This document shows positions 8,254 through 18,550 of a stretch of 64,000 nt of DNA, one piece after another; position 1 is the stretch's first letter; each line of letters begins with the position of its first letter. Location: NCBI GenBank assembly GCA_039683035.1, contig JBDKSE010000020.1:165158-229157 (forward strand), written 5' to 3'. This DNA is from Anaerolineaceae bacterium (lineage in GTDB: Bacteria > Chloroflexota > Anaerolineae > Anaerolineales > Anaerolineaceae). A model generated the notes under the pieces. It had not been told where the DNA came from, searched no databases, and worked only from the letters and a program-made list of their open reading frames with translations. The position numbers and the translations under genes were made by a program.

Positions 8254-10608
8254 TTACTTCAATCCCAGTTTGCAGGCGGTGCTGGAACCCTCTTTGCGCA
8301 GATCCTTGCCAATGAGCACGCGTTCGAGGTTGGCCGGCAGGCTGCGGATGCGGCGTCCTGTGGCGTTGGTGATGGCGTTGAGAATTGCCGGTGCAGCCGG
8401 CACCAACCCGGTCTCACCCAGGTTCTTTGCACCAAAGGGCCCAGGAGAAAAGGGCTTTTCGACAAACGCTCCGGTGATATCCGGCACATCCAAAGCCGTG
8501 GGGATGAGGTACTCGTCAAAGTTTGTGGCCTGCAGGTAGCCGTTGTCAAAATCCACCCGCTCCATCAACGCGTAACCCAAACCCTGGGTGATGCCGCCGT
8601 AAAGTTGACCGTAAGCGCCTTGCGGGAAGATCACCTTGCCGGTGTTGTGCACTGCCCAAAAACGGGTCACTTCCACTTTGCCGGTGCCGGTATCCACCGT
8701 CACCTCTGCCACCTGTGCGCCGTAATGGTAGGCAAAATAGGGTTTGCCCTGACCCTTTTCCATGGACCAGCGGATTTCTGGAGCGCTCCAGCGTCCGCGG
8801 CTGGTGAGGGTCAACCCTATCCTGCGAGCGTGGTCCACCACGTTCTCGAAGCTGACAGGCTCTTCCCTGGGGCTCACAAAGAGTTCGCCGTCGCGGATCA
8901 GCGATTCGGGTGTACACCCAAGCAGGTCTGCTGCAGCCTCGTTGAGCAGGTTTGCCAGTTGCTCGGCGGTCACCCGGGTGGCGTTGCCTCCCAGCACAGT
9001 GGCGCGGGATGCCACCGTAGGACCTGAATCCTGCGAATTGTCGGTATCCGGCCGCGGCATGACGATTCGGCCGGGGTTAACTCCCAGCACCTCGGCGGCA
9101 ATGAGGGTGAAAGCCGTGCGCGACCCGGTGCCGTAGTCTGTCAGCCCAGAAGTGAGGGTAATGCTGTAGTCGGGGTTGATCTCGAGTGTACCCACGGCAA
9201 AGTCAGCGCCCTCTGCACCGAGCGAAATGCCGTGAAAGACCGCTGCCACCCCCATACCCTTGCGGATTTCGCCAGGGTGGCTCGGGTGAGAATTCTGTTT
9301 CAGGTATTCGGGGTAAAGCACATCCCAGTTGGAGAGCCTGCGCACCTGTTCCAGGCATTCCGCCAGGGCAACGTCGTCTCCCAGTTTTTGACCGTGAGCG
9401 GTGGTGTCGCCGGGGCGCAGGCAGTTTTGCAATCGCAGGTCGATTGGGTCGCGCTTCAGCCTGAGGGCAAGCTCATCCATGGCTTCTTCGATGGCGAAAC
9501 ACACCTCGGCATTGCCGAACCCGCGGAAGGCGCCGGAATAGCCGTTGTTGGTGTAGACCACGTCCGTATCCACAGTGCAGGCATCGTAGCGGTAGGGTCC
9601 CATGGCGTGAATACTGGAGCGCCAGGCGGTGAAGGGTGTGATGCTGGAGTAACCGCCGCTGTCGACAGTGGCATGTATCCGGCTGGCGCGCAGTCTGCCG
9701 TTGGTATCGGCGCCGATTTGCAGGTGCATTTGCATAGCATCGCGTTTGTAGGAAGCGATCATCGACTCTTCACGCGGGAGCACCATTTTGACCGGACGTC
9801 CCGTGACCAATGCCAGTTTCGCTGCCTGGGCGGAGAGCTGATACATGGTGTCGTCCTTGCCGCCAAAAGCGCCGCCCACCGGCGGCTGGATGACCCGCAC
9901 GTTGTCTTCGCTCAAACCCAGGGTCTTGACCATGTTGGCGCGGTTGAGGAAGGGGCTCTGGCAGCTTGCGTAGACCGTCACCCCCGTCTTTTCCGGCCAG
10001 GGCACGGCAAAGACGCCCTCCGGTTCGAGGTAGGCGTGTTCCTGGTGCATGGTGGTGTATTCCTCGTCGAGGATCACCGGGCATTGCGCCAGTTCGTCCT
10101 GTGCATCCCCTTTGCGGACGATATATTGGGTCAGCAGGTTGCCGCGCGGCATTTCAACGGCATCATTCGGGGTTTCACCAATGACTGGAGCCTTGGGGCT
10201 GAGGGCTTCCTGCATGTTGAAGACCGCCGGCAGCTCCTCGAGTTCGACAATCAGCGTGTCCATGGCGAGCTGCAGCGCGGTCTCGTTTTCTGCGGCGATG
10301 CTGGCGATCCCGTCGCCCACATAGCGCACACGGTCATATGCCAGCATGAACATATCCGCCAGGGGATATCCGAACCGGCCGTGGTCGATAAAATCTTCGC
10401 TGGTGATCACTGCCAACACGCCGGGTATTTTGAGTGCGGCAGAGGCATCGATGCGCTTGATGCGCGCATGCGGCAGAGCGCTGCGGAAGGTACGCGCCAC
10501 CAGCATGTCTGGCAGCGAATAATCAGCCACATACTTGGCTGTGCCCAGCACCTTTTCGAGGGCATCCACCCGGTCGGCAGGCTTGCCAACAAAGGCATAA
10601 TCAGGCAT
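8254..10608 (-). CDS. Xanthine dehydrogenase/aldehyde oxidase family molybdopterin-binding large subunit
   Basis: 784 aa. N-terminus GKPADRVDALEKVLGTAKYVADY...HARIKRID and an overall XDH-family large-subunit pattern. Its start overlaps the stop of the 2Fe-2S subunit gene by 8 nt. Confidence 0.9.
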   Translation of the reverse strand: MPDYAFVGKPADRVDALEKVLGTAKYVADYSLPDMLVARTFRSALPHARIKRIDASAALKIPGVLAVITSEDFIDHGRFGYPLADMFMLAYDRVRYVGDGIASIAAENETALQLAMDTLIVELEELPAVFNMQEALSPKAPVIGETPNDAVEMPRGNLLTQYIVRKGDAQDELAQCPVILDEEYTTMHQEHAYLEPEGVFAVPWPEKTGVTVYASCQSPFLNRANMVKTLGLSEDNVRVIQPPVGGAFGGKDDTMYQLSAQAAKLALVTGRPVKMVLPREESMIASYKRDAMQMHLQIGADTNGRLRASRIHATVDSGGYSSITPFTAWRSSIHAMGPYRYDACTVDTDVVYTNNGYSGAFRGFGNAEVCFAIEEAMDELALRLKRDPIDLRLQNCLRPGDTTAHGQKLGDDVALAECLEQVRRLSNWDVLYPEYLKQNSHPSHPGEIRKGMGVAAVFHGISLGAEGADFAVGTLEINPDYSITLTSGLTDYGTGSRTAFTLIAAEVLGVNPGRIVMPRPDTDNSQDSGPTVASRATVLGGNATRVTAEQLANLLNEAAADLLGCTPESLIRDGELFVSPREEPVSFENVVDHARRIGLTLTSRGRWSAPEIRWSMEKGQGKPYFAYHYGAQVAEVTVDTGTGKVEVTRFWAVHNTGKVIFPQGAYGQLYGGITQGLGYALMERVDFDNGYLQATNFDEYLIPTALDVPDITGAFVEKPFSPGPFGAKNLGETGLVPAAPAILNAITNATGRRIRSLPANLERVLIGKDLRKEGSSTACKLGLK

Positions 10609-11083
10609 GGGATTTCCCCTCCTGACGATTCTTGGCGGTTACCTCGATGGCGTCCACGATCTGCTGGTATCCCGTACAGCGGCACAAATTACCGGCAATC
10701 GCCTCGCGGATTTCGTATCTTGAGGGTTGGGGGTTGTTTGCCAGCAGGGCTTCACCTGCCAGTACCATGCCTGGCGTGCAGAATCCGCACTGGACAGCCC
10801 CGTACTGGATGAATGCCTGCTGCAGATCGCTGGGACTGCCGTCGGGTTGGCAGACACCTTCGATGGTGACCACGCTGCGTCCGTCTGCCTGGGCAGCCAG
10901 GACAAGGCACGAATTCACCAGCCTGCCGTCCAGCAGCACCGAACAGGCGCCGCATTCTCCAATGCCGCAACCCATTTTGGTACCGGTCAAACCCAAAAAA
11001 TCCCGCAGCAATGTAAGAAGCGGGGTATCGGCGGGGGCTTCAACCTCAGTCCATTGGCCGTTAAGCGTAAAGTTGATCTTCAT
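10601..11083 (-). CDS. (2Fe-2S)-binding small subunit of the XDH-family enzyme
   Basis: CGIGECGACSV and CGFCTPGM...NLCRCTGY cysteine clusters. ATGA overlap with the upstream FAD subunit gene. Confidence 0.9.
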   Translation of the reverse strand: MKINFTLNGQWTEVEAPADTPLLTLLRDFLGLTGTKMGCGIGECGACSVLLDGRLVNSCLVLAAQADGRSVVTIEGVCQPDGSPSDLQQAFIQYGAVQCGFCTPGMVLAGEALLANNPQPSRYEIREAIAGNLCRCTGYQQIVDAIEVTAKNRQEGKSHA

Positions 11084-11949
11084 ACCGCCTCCCCCATTTT
11101 GAAGACCTGCCCCAGCACCCGTTCAGTCATGGCAGTGAGGGCGGGTATCTTGAATTCGGAAGACCAGCGGTACCCCGAAAGCCGGATCATTTCTTCAACG
11201 GTTTTCTGGGCGGCGGCGGCAAACAATTCAGCCGCGGGATTTTGATCCAGGAGAATGGCTTCCACCGCAGCCAGCCTTTCAATGCGCGGAGTAGCCGAGC
11301 CGGTAACGAATCGCGCTTCGATGATCCTTCCCTGCGGGTTTTGTCTGCCCAGGGCGGCCACCGTCAGCCGCGAAATGGCCATGGCATTGCGCCGCCCGAG
11401 CTTGAGAAAGGCACTGCGGCTGCCTTTGGGTGGAATGGGATAGCTGATTGAAACAAGCAACCCGCCCTGGGGAAGGATGGTGCGGTTGGGTTTGACCACC
11501 AGGTCACTCACAGGGAGGATCATGTCACCCTGCGGGGTAAGTATGTGAGCGGCAGCATCCAGGCAAATGAGAGCAGGGAGTGAATCGGCGCAGGCAGCAG
11601 CGTTGATCACATTGCCGCCCAGCGTTCCCATGTTGCGGATCTGTACCGCCCCCACGCTGCGGCAGGCTTGCGTCAGCACTGCGGCTGTCGAAGCAATCAG
11701 CGGCGATTCGATCACTTCACTGAAGGAGGCGGCTGCTCCGATGAACACCCGTTCATTCTGTTCCTCAATGGCATGCAGTTCTGGAAGGAGCGAAACATCC
11801 ACCAGGCGGTCGCAATAATGCGGGTCGTGCCGCAGGATAAGCAAAATATCGGTGCTGCCCGCCAGGACGCGGTTCTTCAAACCGGGTTCATTCAGCAGAT
11901 GGACTGCCTCATTCACCGATCCTGCGCGGATATAACTGAATTTCTCCAT
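11080..11949 (-). CDS. FAD-binding (CO dehydrogenase flavoprotein-like) medium subunit of the XDH-family enzyme
   Basis: FSYIRAGSVNEAV...GSTDILL...GTLGGNV pattern. I chose the start at ATG 11949, which is preceded by GGAGAGAG; the ORF extends to 11979. Confidence 0.85.
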   Translation of the reverse strand: MEKFSYIRAGSVNEAVHLLNEPGLKNRVLAGSTDILLILRHDPHYCDRLVDVSLLPELHAIEEQNERVFIGAAASFSEVIESPLIASTAAVLTQACRSVGAVQIRNMGTLGGNVINAAACADSLPALICLDAAAHILTPQGDMILPVSDLVVKPNRTILPQGGLLVSISYPIPPKGSRSAFLKLGRRNAMAISRLTVAALGRQNPQGRIIEARFVTGSATPRIERLAAVEAILLDQNPAAELFAAAAQKTVEEMIRLSGYRWSSEFKIPALTAMTERVLGQVFKMGEAV

Positions 11950-11999
11950 GGGCTCTCTCCGATAACTTCTTTCTACCAATAATTCACGGCAAACTCAAA

Positions 12000-13556
12000 T
12001 CAGTGCTGCATGGCTTCGCTCATTGAGATGCCGGCCATCATCAATCCAATCTGCTCCTGGGTTGCCTGGTTGCGTTCGACGATGCCCATGATGCGTCCTT
12101 CATAGAGCACGGCGATCCGGTCTGAGAGTTCGATGATCTCGTCCAGGTCCTCGGAGATGAGCAGGATCGCGGTTCCTTCTGCGCGCTGCTGGAGCAGGCG
12201 CTGGTGAATGTACTCTGTGGCGCCGATATCCACCCCGCGGGTGGGCTGTGCAGCCAGCAAGAGCTTGGGTTTACGCGAAAGCTCGCGAGCCATGATCAAC
12301 TTCTGGATATTACCACCGGATAGGTTCTTGATGGGGGTATCCAGAGAGGGGGTTTTAACGCTGAAACTCTGTACCAGCGATACAGCAAAATCCTTCATCC
12401 TTGCAAAATCCAGGAATATGCCGTGGGTGAAACCGGGCGAAGCATGATCGTGCAGAAATATATTTTCTTCTACCGAAAATTCACGTATGGCGCCGTCGCG
12501 CATACGCTCTTCTGGAATGTAAGCCAGACCCGCATCAACGCGATCTTTGACACCCATGGATGTGGTATCCATGCCGTCTATCAGGATCGTACCTGCTGTG
12601 ACTCTGCGTACTCCTGCCAGGCATTCTGCCAGTTCGCGTTGCCCGTTGCCCGAAACCCCCGCCAGTCCGACGATTTCGCTGGAGTGGATCTGCAAGTCGA
12701 TACCGCGCAGGGCTTCAGTGCCGCGGTCGCCCATTGCCTTCATGCCTTGTATTTCCAGGCATACGGGACCGCTCTTCAAAGGTTGGGGTGCAAGCGGACG
12801 GACCTCGCGTCCGACCATCATTTTGACCAGTTCATTTTTGTTGACTTCGTTTGTATTACGGGTGCCAATCACCCGTCCGTCGCGCAGCACGGTCACCCGT
12901 TGGCTGATGGCAAGTACTTCGTTCAATTTGTGCGAGATGAACACGAGAGCATGGCCGTCTTTAGCCATTTGTTTGAAGGTGTTGAAGAGATCATCCACTT
13001 CCTGCGGGGTGAGCACCGCGGTAGGCTCATCCAGGATAATCAAACTTGCACCGCGATAGAGGGCTTTGATGATTTCCACCCGCTGCTGCTCGCCCACTGA
13101 AAGCTGCCAAATATAGTTGGAGGGATCCACTTTCAAGCCGTAAAGTTTGGATAGTTGGTCAATCCGTTTGGATACCCGATCGAGATCCTTGAGCGGTTCA
13201 CGGGTGGATTTCAATCCCAGGGCAACATTTTCGGCGACGGTCAGCGTGGGAACCAGCATGAAATGTTGGTGGATCATGCCGATACCGGCGGCAATGGCGT
13301 CAGCCGGGGAATTGAAGGAAACGACCCTGCCATTGATCTTGATCTCACCGCCGTCGGGCTTGTACAACCCGTAAAGCTGACGCATGAGTGTGCTCTTACC
13401 GGCGCCGTTTTCTCCGAGCAGGGCATGCACCTCGCCCTGGTTGATATCAAAGCAAACGCAGTCATTCGCCAGCACGCCGGGAAATGTCTTGGTGATATCG
13501 CACATTTCCATGCGCTGGATCTTGATCGCTGCGTTTGCTGTGATATCAGATGTCAT
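12000..13556 (-). CDS. Two-domain ABC transporter ATP-binding protein (nucleoside/sugar CUT2-type)
   Basis: Two Walker A / signature sets ([17 protein letters not shown]; [15 protein letters not shown]) in 518 aa. Confidence 0.9.
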   Translation of the reverse strand: MTSDITANAAIKIQRMEMCDITKTFPGVLANDCVCFDINQGEVHALLGENGAGKSTLMRQLYGLYKPDGGEIKINGRVVSFNSPADAIAAGIGMIHQHFMLVPTLTVAENVALGLKSTREPLKDLDRVSKRIDQLSKLYGLKVDPSNYIWQLSVGEQQRVEIIKALYRGASLIILDEPTAVLTPQEVDDLFNTFKQMAKDGHALVFISHKLNEVLAISQRVTVLRDGRVIGTRNTNEVNKNELVKMMVGREVRPLAPQPLKSGPVCLEIQGMKAMGDRGTEALRGIDLQIHSSEIVGLAGVSGNGQRELAECLAGVRRVTAGTILIDGMDTTSMGVKDRVDAGLAYIPEERMRDGAIREFSVEENIFLHDHASPGFTHGIFLDFARMKDFAVSLVQSFSVKTPSLDTPIKNLSGGNIQKLIMARELSRKPKLLLAAQPTRGVDIGATEYIHQRLLQQRAEGTAILLISEDLDEIIELSDRIAVLYEGRIMGIVERNQATQEQIGLMMAGISMSEAMQH

Positions 13557-13628
13557 CCATAAACCTCAAACAAATGTGCAACAGAATTCTCAATCAGGGA
13601 CGTGCTGTCCCAAAAGATCAAATTCAGG

Positions 13629-13654
13629 CAGGGGCGATTCATGAATCGCCCCTG
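13629..13654 (-). promoter_or_regulatory. Intercistronic perfect palindrome/hairpin between the SBP and ATPase genes
   Basis: CAGGGGCGATTCA/TGAATCGCCCCTG, a 13-nt perfect inverted repeat in the 123-nt spacer downstream of the binding-protein gene. Confidence 0.45.
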
Positions 13655-13679
13655 CTTCGTGACGATCACAAACGTTGAT

Positions 13680-14672
13680 CTATGGTTCGACTTTCACAGC
13701 ACCCGAAATGATATCGGCGATGGCTTTGTCACCCACGGCTTTGACATCCGCGGGGAGCGCATACCCCGAATTGTAGGCAATCTTCAAGCCGTCATTTGAA
13801 AGATGCAGGGTATAGGTCTTGCCGCCCAGCGTGCCCGCCTTGTTGGAGGCAATGATCTCGCGCAGCATGCCGGTCCAGTCATACACCTGGCTGGCGACCA
13901 CCAGGTTGGGAGCCAGGGAGGCCTGATCCTGCTGGGTGCCGAACCAGAGCACATTGCCAGCATCCTTGGCAGCGCCGATGGAACCGACCACCGATTGCGA
14001 TGAACCAGTGAGGATATCTGCGCCGGCTGCAATGTGGGTTTTCGCTGCTTCGGTCATCAAGGCGACATCCGAGAAGGAGCCCGTCCAGGTCTTGGAAACC
14101 TTGATGGTTGGATCGACAGCAGCCACGCCCTGCACAAAGCCGTCGATATAGGTCTTGGCATCGCCCACTTCCACAGGTCCGGTCACGCCAATGGTCTTGG
14201 ACTTGGTCAACTTGGCAGCCAGCACGCCGTTCACATAGCCGCCCTCTTCAGCAGCCGCGGTGTAGGCATACACATTCGGCATGCCAAAAGTATTGACGTC
14301 AGTTCCCCAGGCAAATGTGGTTTTGGGGAAATCCTTGGCAATTTCCTGCACCGAAGATCCGTATTGCGAACCGTGGGCGATGACCACGTCAAAGCCCTGG
14401 CTGGCGTAATCGCGAATGGCGGTGGCAGCATCCGGGACATTGAACATGTTCTCGGAGTATTTGATCTCCAGGGCAGCTTCGCCCCCCATCTCCTTTTGGA
14501 TGGTGACCAGGGCGTTCCACATCGACTGGCTGAATGCCATGTCGGTGGTGGCGCTGGGCATGACCACCGCAATTCGGAAAGCCTTGGCCTGGGTCGGCGC
14601 TGCTGTGGGTGCCGCGCAGGCGGAGACCAGTACAGCCAGCAACAACAAGACAACCAACGATCGTTTGAACAT
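13680..14672 (-). CDS. BMP-family (PnrA/Med-like) ABC transporter substrate-binding lipoprotein, probably nucleoside-binding
   Basis: Lipobox LVSAC. FRIAVVMPSATTDMAFSQSMW...GFDVVIAHGSQY...FGT pattern of the basic-membrane-protein family. Confidence 0.9.
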   Translation of the reverse strand: MFKRSLVVLLLLAVLVSACAAPTAAPTQAKAFRIAVVMPSATTDMAFSQSMWNALVTIQKEMGGEAALEIKYSENMFNVPDAATAIRDYASQGFDVVIAHGSQYGSSVQEIAKDFPKTTFAWGTDVNTFGMPNVYAYTAAAEEGGYVNGVLAAKLTKSKTIGVTGPVEVGDAKTYIDGFVQGVAAVDPTIKVSKTWTGSFSDVALMTEAAKTHIAAGADILTGSSQSVVGSIGAAKDAGNVLWFGTQQDQASLAPNLVVASQVYDWTGMLREIIASNKAGTLGGKTYTLHLSNDGLKIAYNSGYALPADVKAVGDKAIADIISGAVKVEP

Positions 14673-14710
14673 TTTCTTCCTCCTTAATAGATGGATGGAA
14701 CCGGCAGGAT

Positions 14711-15643
14711 TTAACTTTCACCTCTTTCAAACGGTTTGTTCAACGCCGCTGGCTGTCGGCCGCGATTGGTGGTAATGGCCAGGGCAGCGATGGTCAAGAG
14801 ATAGGGTAGCATGATTGCCACATCGGAAGGAATTTTGACGCCCAGCACCTGAACCCAGAGCTGGAAAGCGTTCACGATGCTGAAGAGCATCGCACCCCAC
14901 AGAACACCCACCGGACGCCAGCCGCCAAAATATACCAACGCCACGGCGATGAAGCCCTGTCCGGCAGTCAGATTATCCTGGAAAAGATTAAGCAGCGAAA
15001 TGGAGAGCGATGCGCCGGCAATTCCTGCCAGTATTGCTCCCAGGCATACGCTGACGTAGCGCACACGGTCCACACTGACACCCAGCGAGTCGGCTGCGGC
15101 AGGGTTCTGACCGACGGATTTGATCTTCAGCCCCCAGGTGGTTTTTTCCAGTACCCACCAGGCAATGGGCACCAACAGGAAGGCGCCGTAGACCAACAGG
15201 CTTTGATTGAAGAAGATTTTTCCCAGGAAGGGAATGTCGCCCAACAGCGGGATCTTGACCGGTTGAAAACCTGTGACAGTCTTGACTGTGCCAATGGTCG
15301 TTTTGAAAAGCAGGCTCGAAAGCCCCAACCCGAACATGTACAACCCGATGCCGCTGATGCCCTGCTCAGCCTTGAGCGTGACGCTGATAAAGGACATGAG
15401 CAAGCCCATCAGCAGTCCCACAATGATGGCAGCCAGCAGCCCCAGCCAGAGATTGCCAGTATGTAGAACGACAAAAAAAGAAGCATAAGCGCTGACCAGC
15501 ATGATGCCGTCTACACCCAGGTTGAGAACCCCGGAGCTTTGGGCAAAGGTCTCGCCGATGGCTGCATAGAGGTAGGGCGTGGCCAGCCGGATGGCGGATG
15601 TGAGGATGCCGACGATCACGCTGACTTGAAGGAGCTCGCTCAT
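14711..15643 (-). CDS. ABC transporter permease (BMP-type system)
   Basis: Polytopic membrane protein. ATG 15643 forms an ATGA overlap with the stop of the upstream permease gene; the ORF-track start at 15706 would lie inside that gene. Confidence 0.85.
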   Translation of the reverse strand: MSELLQVSVIVGILTSAIRLATPYLYAAIGETFAQSSGVLNLGVDGIMLVSAYASFFVVLHTGNLWLGLLAAIIVGLLMGLLMSFISVTLKAEQGISGIGLYMFGLGLSSLLFKTTIGTVKTVTGFQPVKIPLLGDIPFLGKIFFNQSLLVYGAFLLVPIAWWVLEKTTWGLKIKSVGQNPAAADSLGVSVDRVRYVSVCLGAILAGIAGASLSISLLNLFQDNLTAGQGFIAVALVYFGGWRPVGVLWGAMLFSIVNAFQLWVQVLGVKIPSDVAIMLPYLLTIAALAITTNRGRQPAALNKPFERGES

Positions 15644-16764
15644 AACTGCCCTTCCCCCTTCTTCATCGCTGCGATCTGCCTTTTTGCCGTCCAGCGTCTC
15701 GTCCAAAGCGCCGAACCGACCACGAATAGCACCACCAATCCAAGAATGGCGCTGATGAGTGAATTGGGCACCTGCACTGCGCGCTGCATGCTGTCACCGC
15801 CCACCAACAGGGCGCCAAAAAGAATGGATGCCGGGATCGTACCCAGGGGGTGAAGCCCACCAAACAGAGCAGCCACGATCCCAGAAAATCCGTAACCACC
15901 AGTAATCCCTTCCAACAGCCGGTGCTGCACTCCAAGCACCTCGATCGCACCTGCGATACCGGAAAACCCACCCGCAAGGGTCAACGCCAGCGCCTGGTTG
16001 AAAGGCACGTTGATACCGGAAAACCGGGCTGCTTCAGGATTGAACCCAACAGCGCGAATGCGGTAACCCAGCGTGGTGCGCCAGAGAAAAATATAAACCA
16101 GCACAGCCAGCACCACTGCGATCAACGAGCCGGCGTGCAGCAGGGTTTGCGGTACGAGCCGCACGAGCCAGACCTGTTCTGGCAGACGCTCAGATTGGGC
16201 GAGATAGGTCCCGGCAGTCACTCCGGCTGGGTCCATCAGAACCGAACGGATGAGCAGGTTCATCGTTTGAATGGCGATGGCGTTCATCATCACCGTGCTG
16301 AGTATCTCATTGACTTTCAAACGGGCTTTGAGAATGCCGGGGATAAAACCCCAGGCTGCGCCGGCTGCAAACCCAACGATGAGGGTGGTGGGGAGCAGGA
16401 TCCATCCTGGCCAGGTACGGAAGGTCAGCGGCCACCAGGTGGCCGCGATGGCACCGGCGATAATCTGGCCTTCGCCACCGATATTGATCACGCTGGCGCG
16501 GAAGGCAATGCAAATACCAAGCCCCACCAAAAGGAGGGGCGTGGCTTTGACAAGAGTTTGGGTGATTCCTGAAGCGCTGCCGAAGGCACCTTTGACCAGT
16601 TCGGCATAAGCGGTCAGCGGGTTGACCTTGAGGATGATCAACATGATTGCGCCGATCAGGAGCGCCATGAGTATTCCCGCAAGCGGCAAAAGGAGATTCA
16701 CGAAAATGCCCGCCCAATCGATGCGGTGGGTCCTGGCTGTTTTCTCGTTCACCTCAAGCGGCAT
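15640..16764 (-). CDS. ABC transporter permease (BMP-type system)
   Basis: 374-aa polytopic membrane protein and first gene of the operon. CAGGAG lies upstream of the ATG. Confidence 0.85.
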   Translation of the reverse strand: MPLEVNEKTARTHRIDWAGIFVNLLLPLAGILMALLIGAIMLIILKVNPLTAYAELVKGAFGSASGITQTLVKATPLLLVGLGICIAFRASVINIGGEGQIIAGAIAATWWPLTFRTWPGWILLPTTLIVGFAAGAAWGFIPGILKARLKVNEILSTVMMNAIAIQTMNLLIRSVLMDPAGVTAGTYLAQSERLPEQVWLVRLVPQTLLHAGSLIAVVLAVLVYIFLWRTTLGYRIRAVGFNPEAARFSGINVPFNQALALTLAGGFSGIAGAIEVLGVQHRLLEGITGGYGFSGIVAALFGGLHPLGTIPASILFGALLVGGDSMQRAVQVPNSLISAILGLVVLFVVGSALWTRRWTAKRQIAAMKKGEGQL

Positions 16765-16877
16765 AAACGGAACTCCTGCGGGCGATGCAATCAGTTATAA
16801 ATATTCTGAGTTATATGCTTGATTCCGATCTTGAAATGGAAGATGATGACAAATTGAACAGGAAAAGATGTAATAAG

Positions 16878-16905
16878 AGTATACAAACAAATCTTGAGAT
16901 GTCAA
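16878..16905 (-). promoter_or_regulatory. Sigma-70-like promoter of the nucleoside-ABC/XDH operon
   Basis: On the minus strand TTGACA-16 nt-TATACT, about 115 nt upstream of the start at 16764. Confidence 0.45.
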
Positions 16906-16985
16906 AACCCCAAGGCCATGAATTTCGGAAGATTGGGTTTGCGAAACGAACACAATTGCATGTGAAACGTCACACTGAGGGTATC

Positions 16986-17023
16986 AAAAGAATTGCCCCG
17001 ATGGTCAAAACCGACCACCAGGG
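16986..17023 (-). terminator. Probable intrinsic terminator of the protease gene
   Basis: Minus strand CCCTGGTGGTC-GGTTTT-GACCATCGGGG (11 bp including two G-U pairs), followed by CAATTCTTTT. Confidence 0.4.
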
Positions 17024-17051
17024 CAGCACTGAATCATGGGTAGATGCGATT

Positions 17052-18239
17052 TTAGTTGGAGCCAAGTGTAACGTTCACCGTCTGTTGTTTTCCATCTCGC
17101 AGGATGGTGAGCGCGACTTTCTGGCCGACCTCGGTGGAATTGAACAGGTACGAGACCAGATCTTCGTAGGTTTTCAATGACCGCCCGTCCACAGCAGTGA
17201 TCACATCGCCCGCGGTGACGGTGACCAAACCGGGGCGCGCCATTTGCTGGCTGCTGCTGATGATACCAGCCTTGTCTGCGGGTCCGCCAGGGGTGAGATC
17301 AACCACCAGCACGCCTTGCAGGGTGGTATCCAGCCCAACTTCACTGGCTACCACCGGTGTGAGGGTGGTACCTGTCAAACCCAGGCTGGGATGGGCATAA
17401 CTACCCTTACTGATCAAAACCGGAACCACTTTCTGGACGATTTTTGCGGGAATGACAAACCCGACCCCCGAATTGGAATTGGTGTTGGATTGGATGGCGG
17501 AGGTCACGCCAATGACCTCGCTGTTGCCGTTGACCAGTACCCCTCCCGAATTCCCCGGATTGATGGCAGCATCGGTCTGGATGATATCCGGAATGGTGTA
17601 CGAGCTTGAGGAGAACGGGTTGGAAGCATCGACGGTAAGGCTGCGGGAAAGCGCGCTGACGATCCCCTGGGTCATGGTACCCGAAAGCCCGTACGGGTTG
17701 CCGATGGCGATGACCAGGTCACCCACCTGCACCAGGCTGGAATCTCCAATGGCGACCGGGCGGAGCGCCGCTTTCGATGCATCCACCTGGATGACTGCCA
17801 GGTCGGAAGCAGGATCGGTGCCAATCACCTTTGCAGTGAGAGCATCACCCGTGGCAAACACCACCGTGATTTGGGACGCGCCATCCACCACGTGGTTATT
17901 GGTGACAATATGTCCCTGTAGGTCCCACACAAAACCGGATCCTTCACCAGTCACCAGCGATCGACCCACCGATTGGACGGTCTGGATATTAACCACAGAG
18001 GGATTCACATTTTGATAGATTTCCTGGAAGGTGGTTTGGATCTGCGCAAAAACAGCAGAATTGACCGTTATGGTGGGCTGATATTGCGCCTGCTGAACGG
18101 ATCCGGAGGGGAGTGCGGCCGCCGCAGACGCGTTTGATTGGGTGGAGGAAGTGCTCGAAGTTTGACTGGCGGGTAACGCCATGCATCCAGCCAGAATGAG
18201 AATCAGGAATGGAACAAGCGCAAATGAAGCTTTTTTCAT
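17052..18239 (-). CDS. HtrA/DegP-family trypsin-like serine protease with a PDZ domain
   Basis: Lipoprotein-like leader MKKASFALVPFLILILAGC. Motifs TNNHVV, D.AV.Q and GNSGG, then a PDZ-like C-terminus (GDVITAVDG...). Confidence 0.85.
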   Translation of the reverse strand: MKKASFALVPFLILILAGCMALPASQTSSTSSTQSNASAAAALPSGSVQQAQYQPTITVNSAVFAQIQTTFQEIYQNVNPSVVNIQTVQSVGRSLVTGEGSGFVWDLQGHIVTNNHVVDGASQITVVFATGDALTAKVIGTDPASDLAVIQVDASKAALRPVAIGDSSLVQVGDLVIAIGNPYGLSGTMTQGIVSALSRSLTVDASNPFSSSSYTIPDIIQTDAAINPGNSGGVLVNGNSEVIGVTSAIQSNTNSNSGVGFVIPAKIVQKVVPVLISKGSYAHPSLGLTGTTLTPVVASEVGLDTTLQGVLVVDLTPGGPADKAGIISSSQQMARPGLVTVTAGDVITAVDGRSLKTYEDLVSYLFNSTEVGQKVALTILRDGKQQTVNVTLGSN

Positions 18240-18436
18240 CTTAAAGACCCCGGAAAGCTCTGGGGTTTCCGGGTCATCCTTTTCTTTGTACCATCCAGGG
18301 CACAAGACCCGATCACAGCTTTCCAAGCCTTATTCTAGGAGGCAATTTTGCAGAAATTGTGGTCTTTCTGTGCATAAATGTTACGGAGCCCCCGCCTGAT
18401 GTGAAACGAGGATGGAACACAACCAGGCTTGACTGG

Positions 18437-18465
18437 AGAAAAATCCCGGGAATGACTCCCGGGAT
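18437..18465 (-). terminator. Intrinsic terminator
   Basis: Perfect 9-bp stem ATCCCGGGA/TCCCGGGAT with a 5-nt loop, followed on the minus strand by TTTTT. It lies downstream of the stop at 18551. Confidence 0.65.
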
Positions 18466-18550
18466 GGATTCTTATGCTTGCTGATGGATGGAAACACAAT
18501 CCTGCCATCCAGGCTTGCGCCTGAAAACAACTGATTTATGGGAAAGACAC

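Noticed and set aside
8182-10812. Long + strand ORFs (281 aa at 8182-9027 and 526 aa at 9232-10812) opposite the XDH large-subunit gene
   Set aside because: They are antisense to a gene with clear family motifs. Their Arg/Gly/Ala/His-rich, low-complexity translations are typical of open antisense frames in GC-rich DNA. They have no RBS and no recognisable motifs.
16765-17051. Purine riboswitch, or the 131-aa ORF (16785-17180), in the leader of the nucleoside-ABC/XDH operon
   Set aside because: I could not find the conserved purine-riboswitch junction and loop sequences on the minus strand. The ORF lies on the opposite strand in AT-rich intergenic DNA, runs into the htrA 3' end and lacks an RBS.
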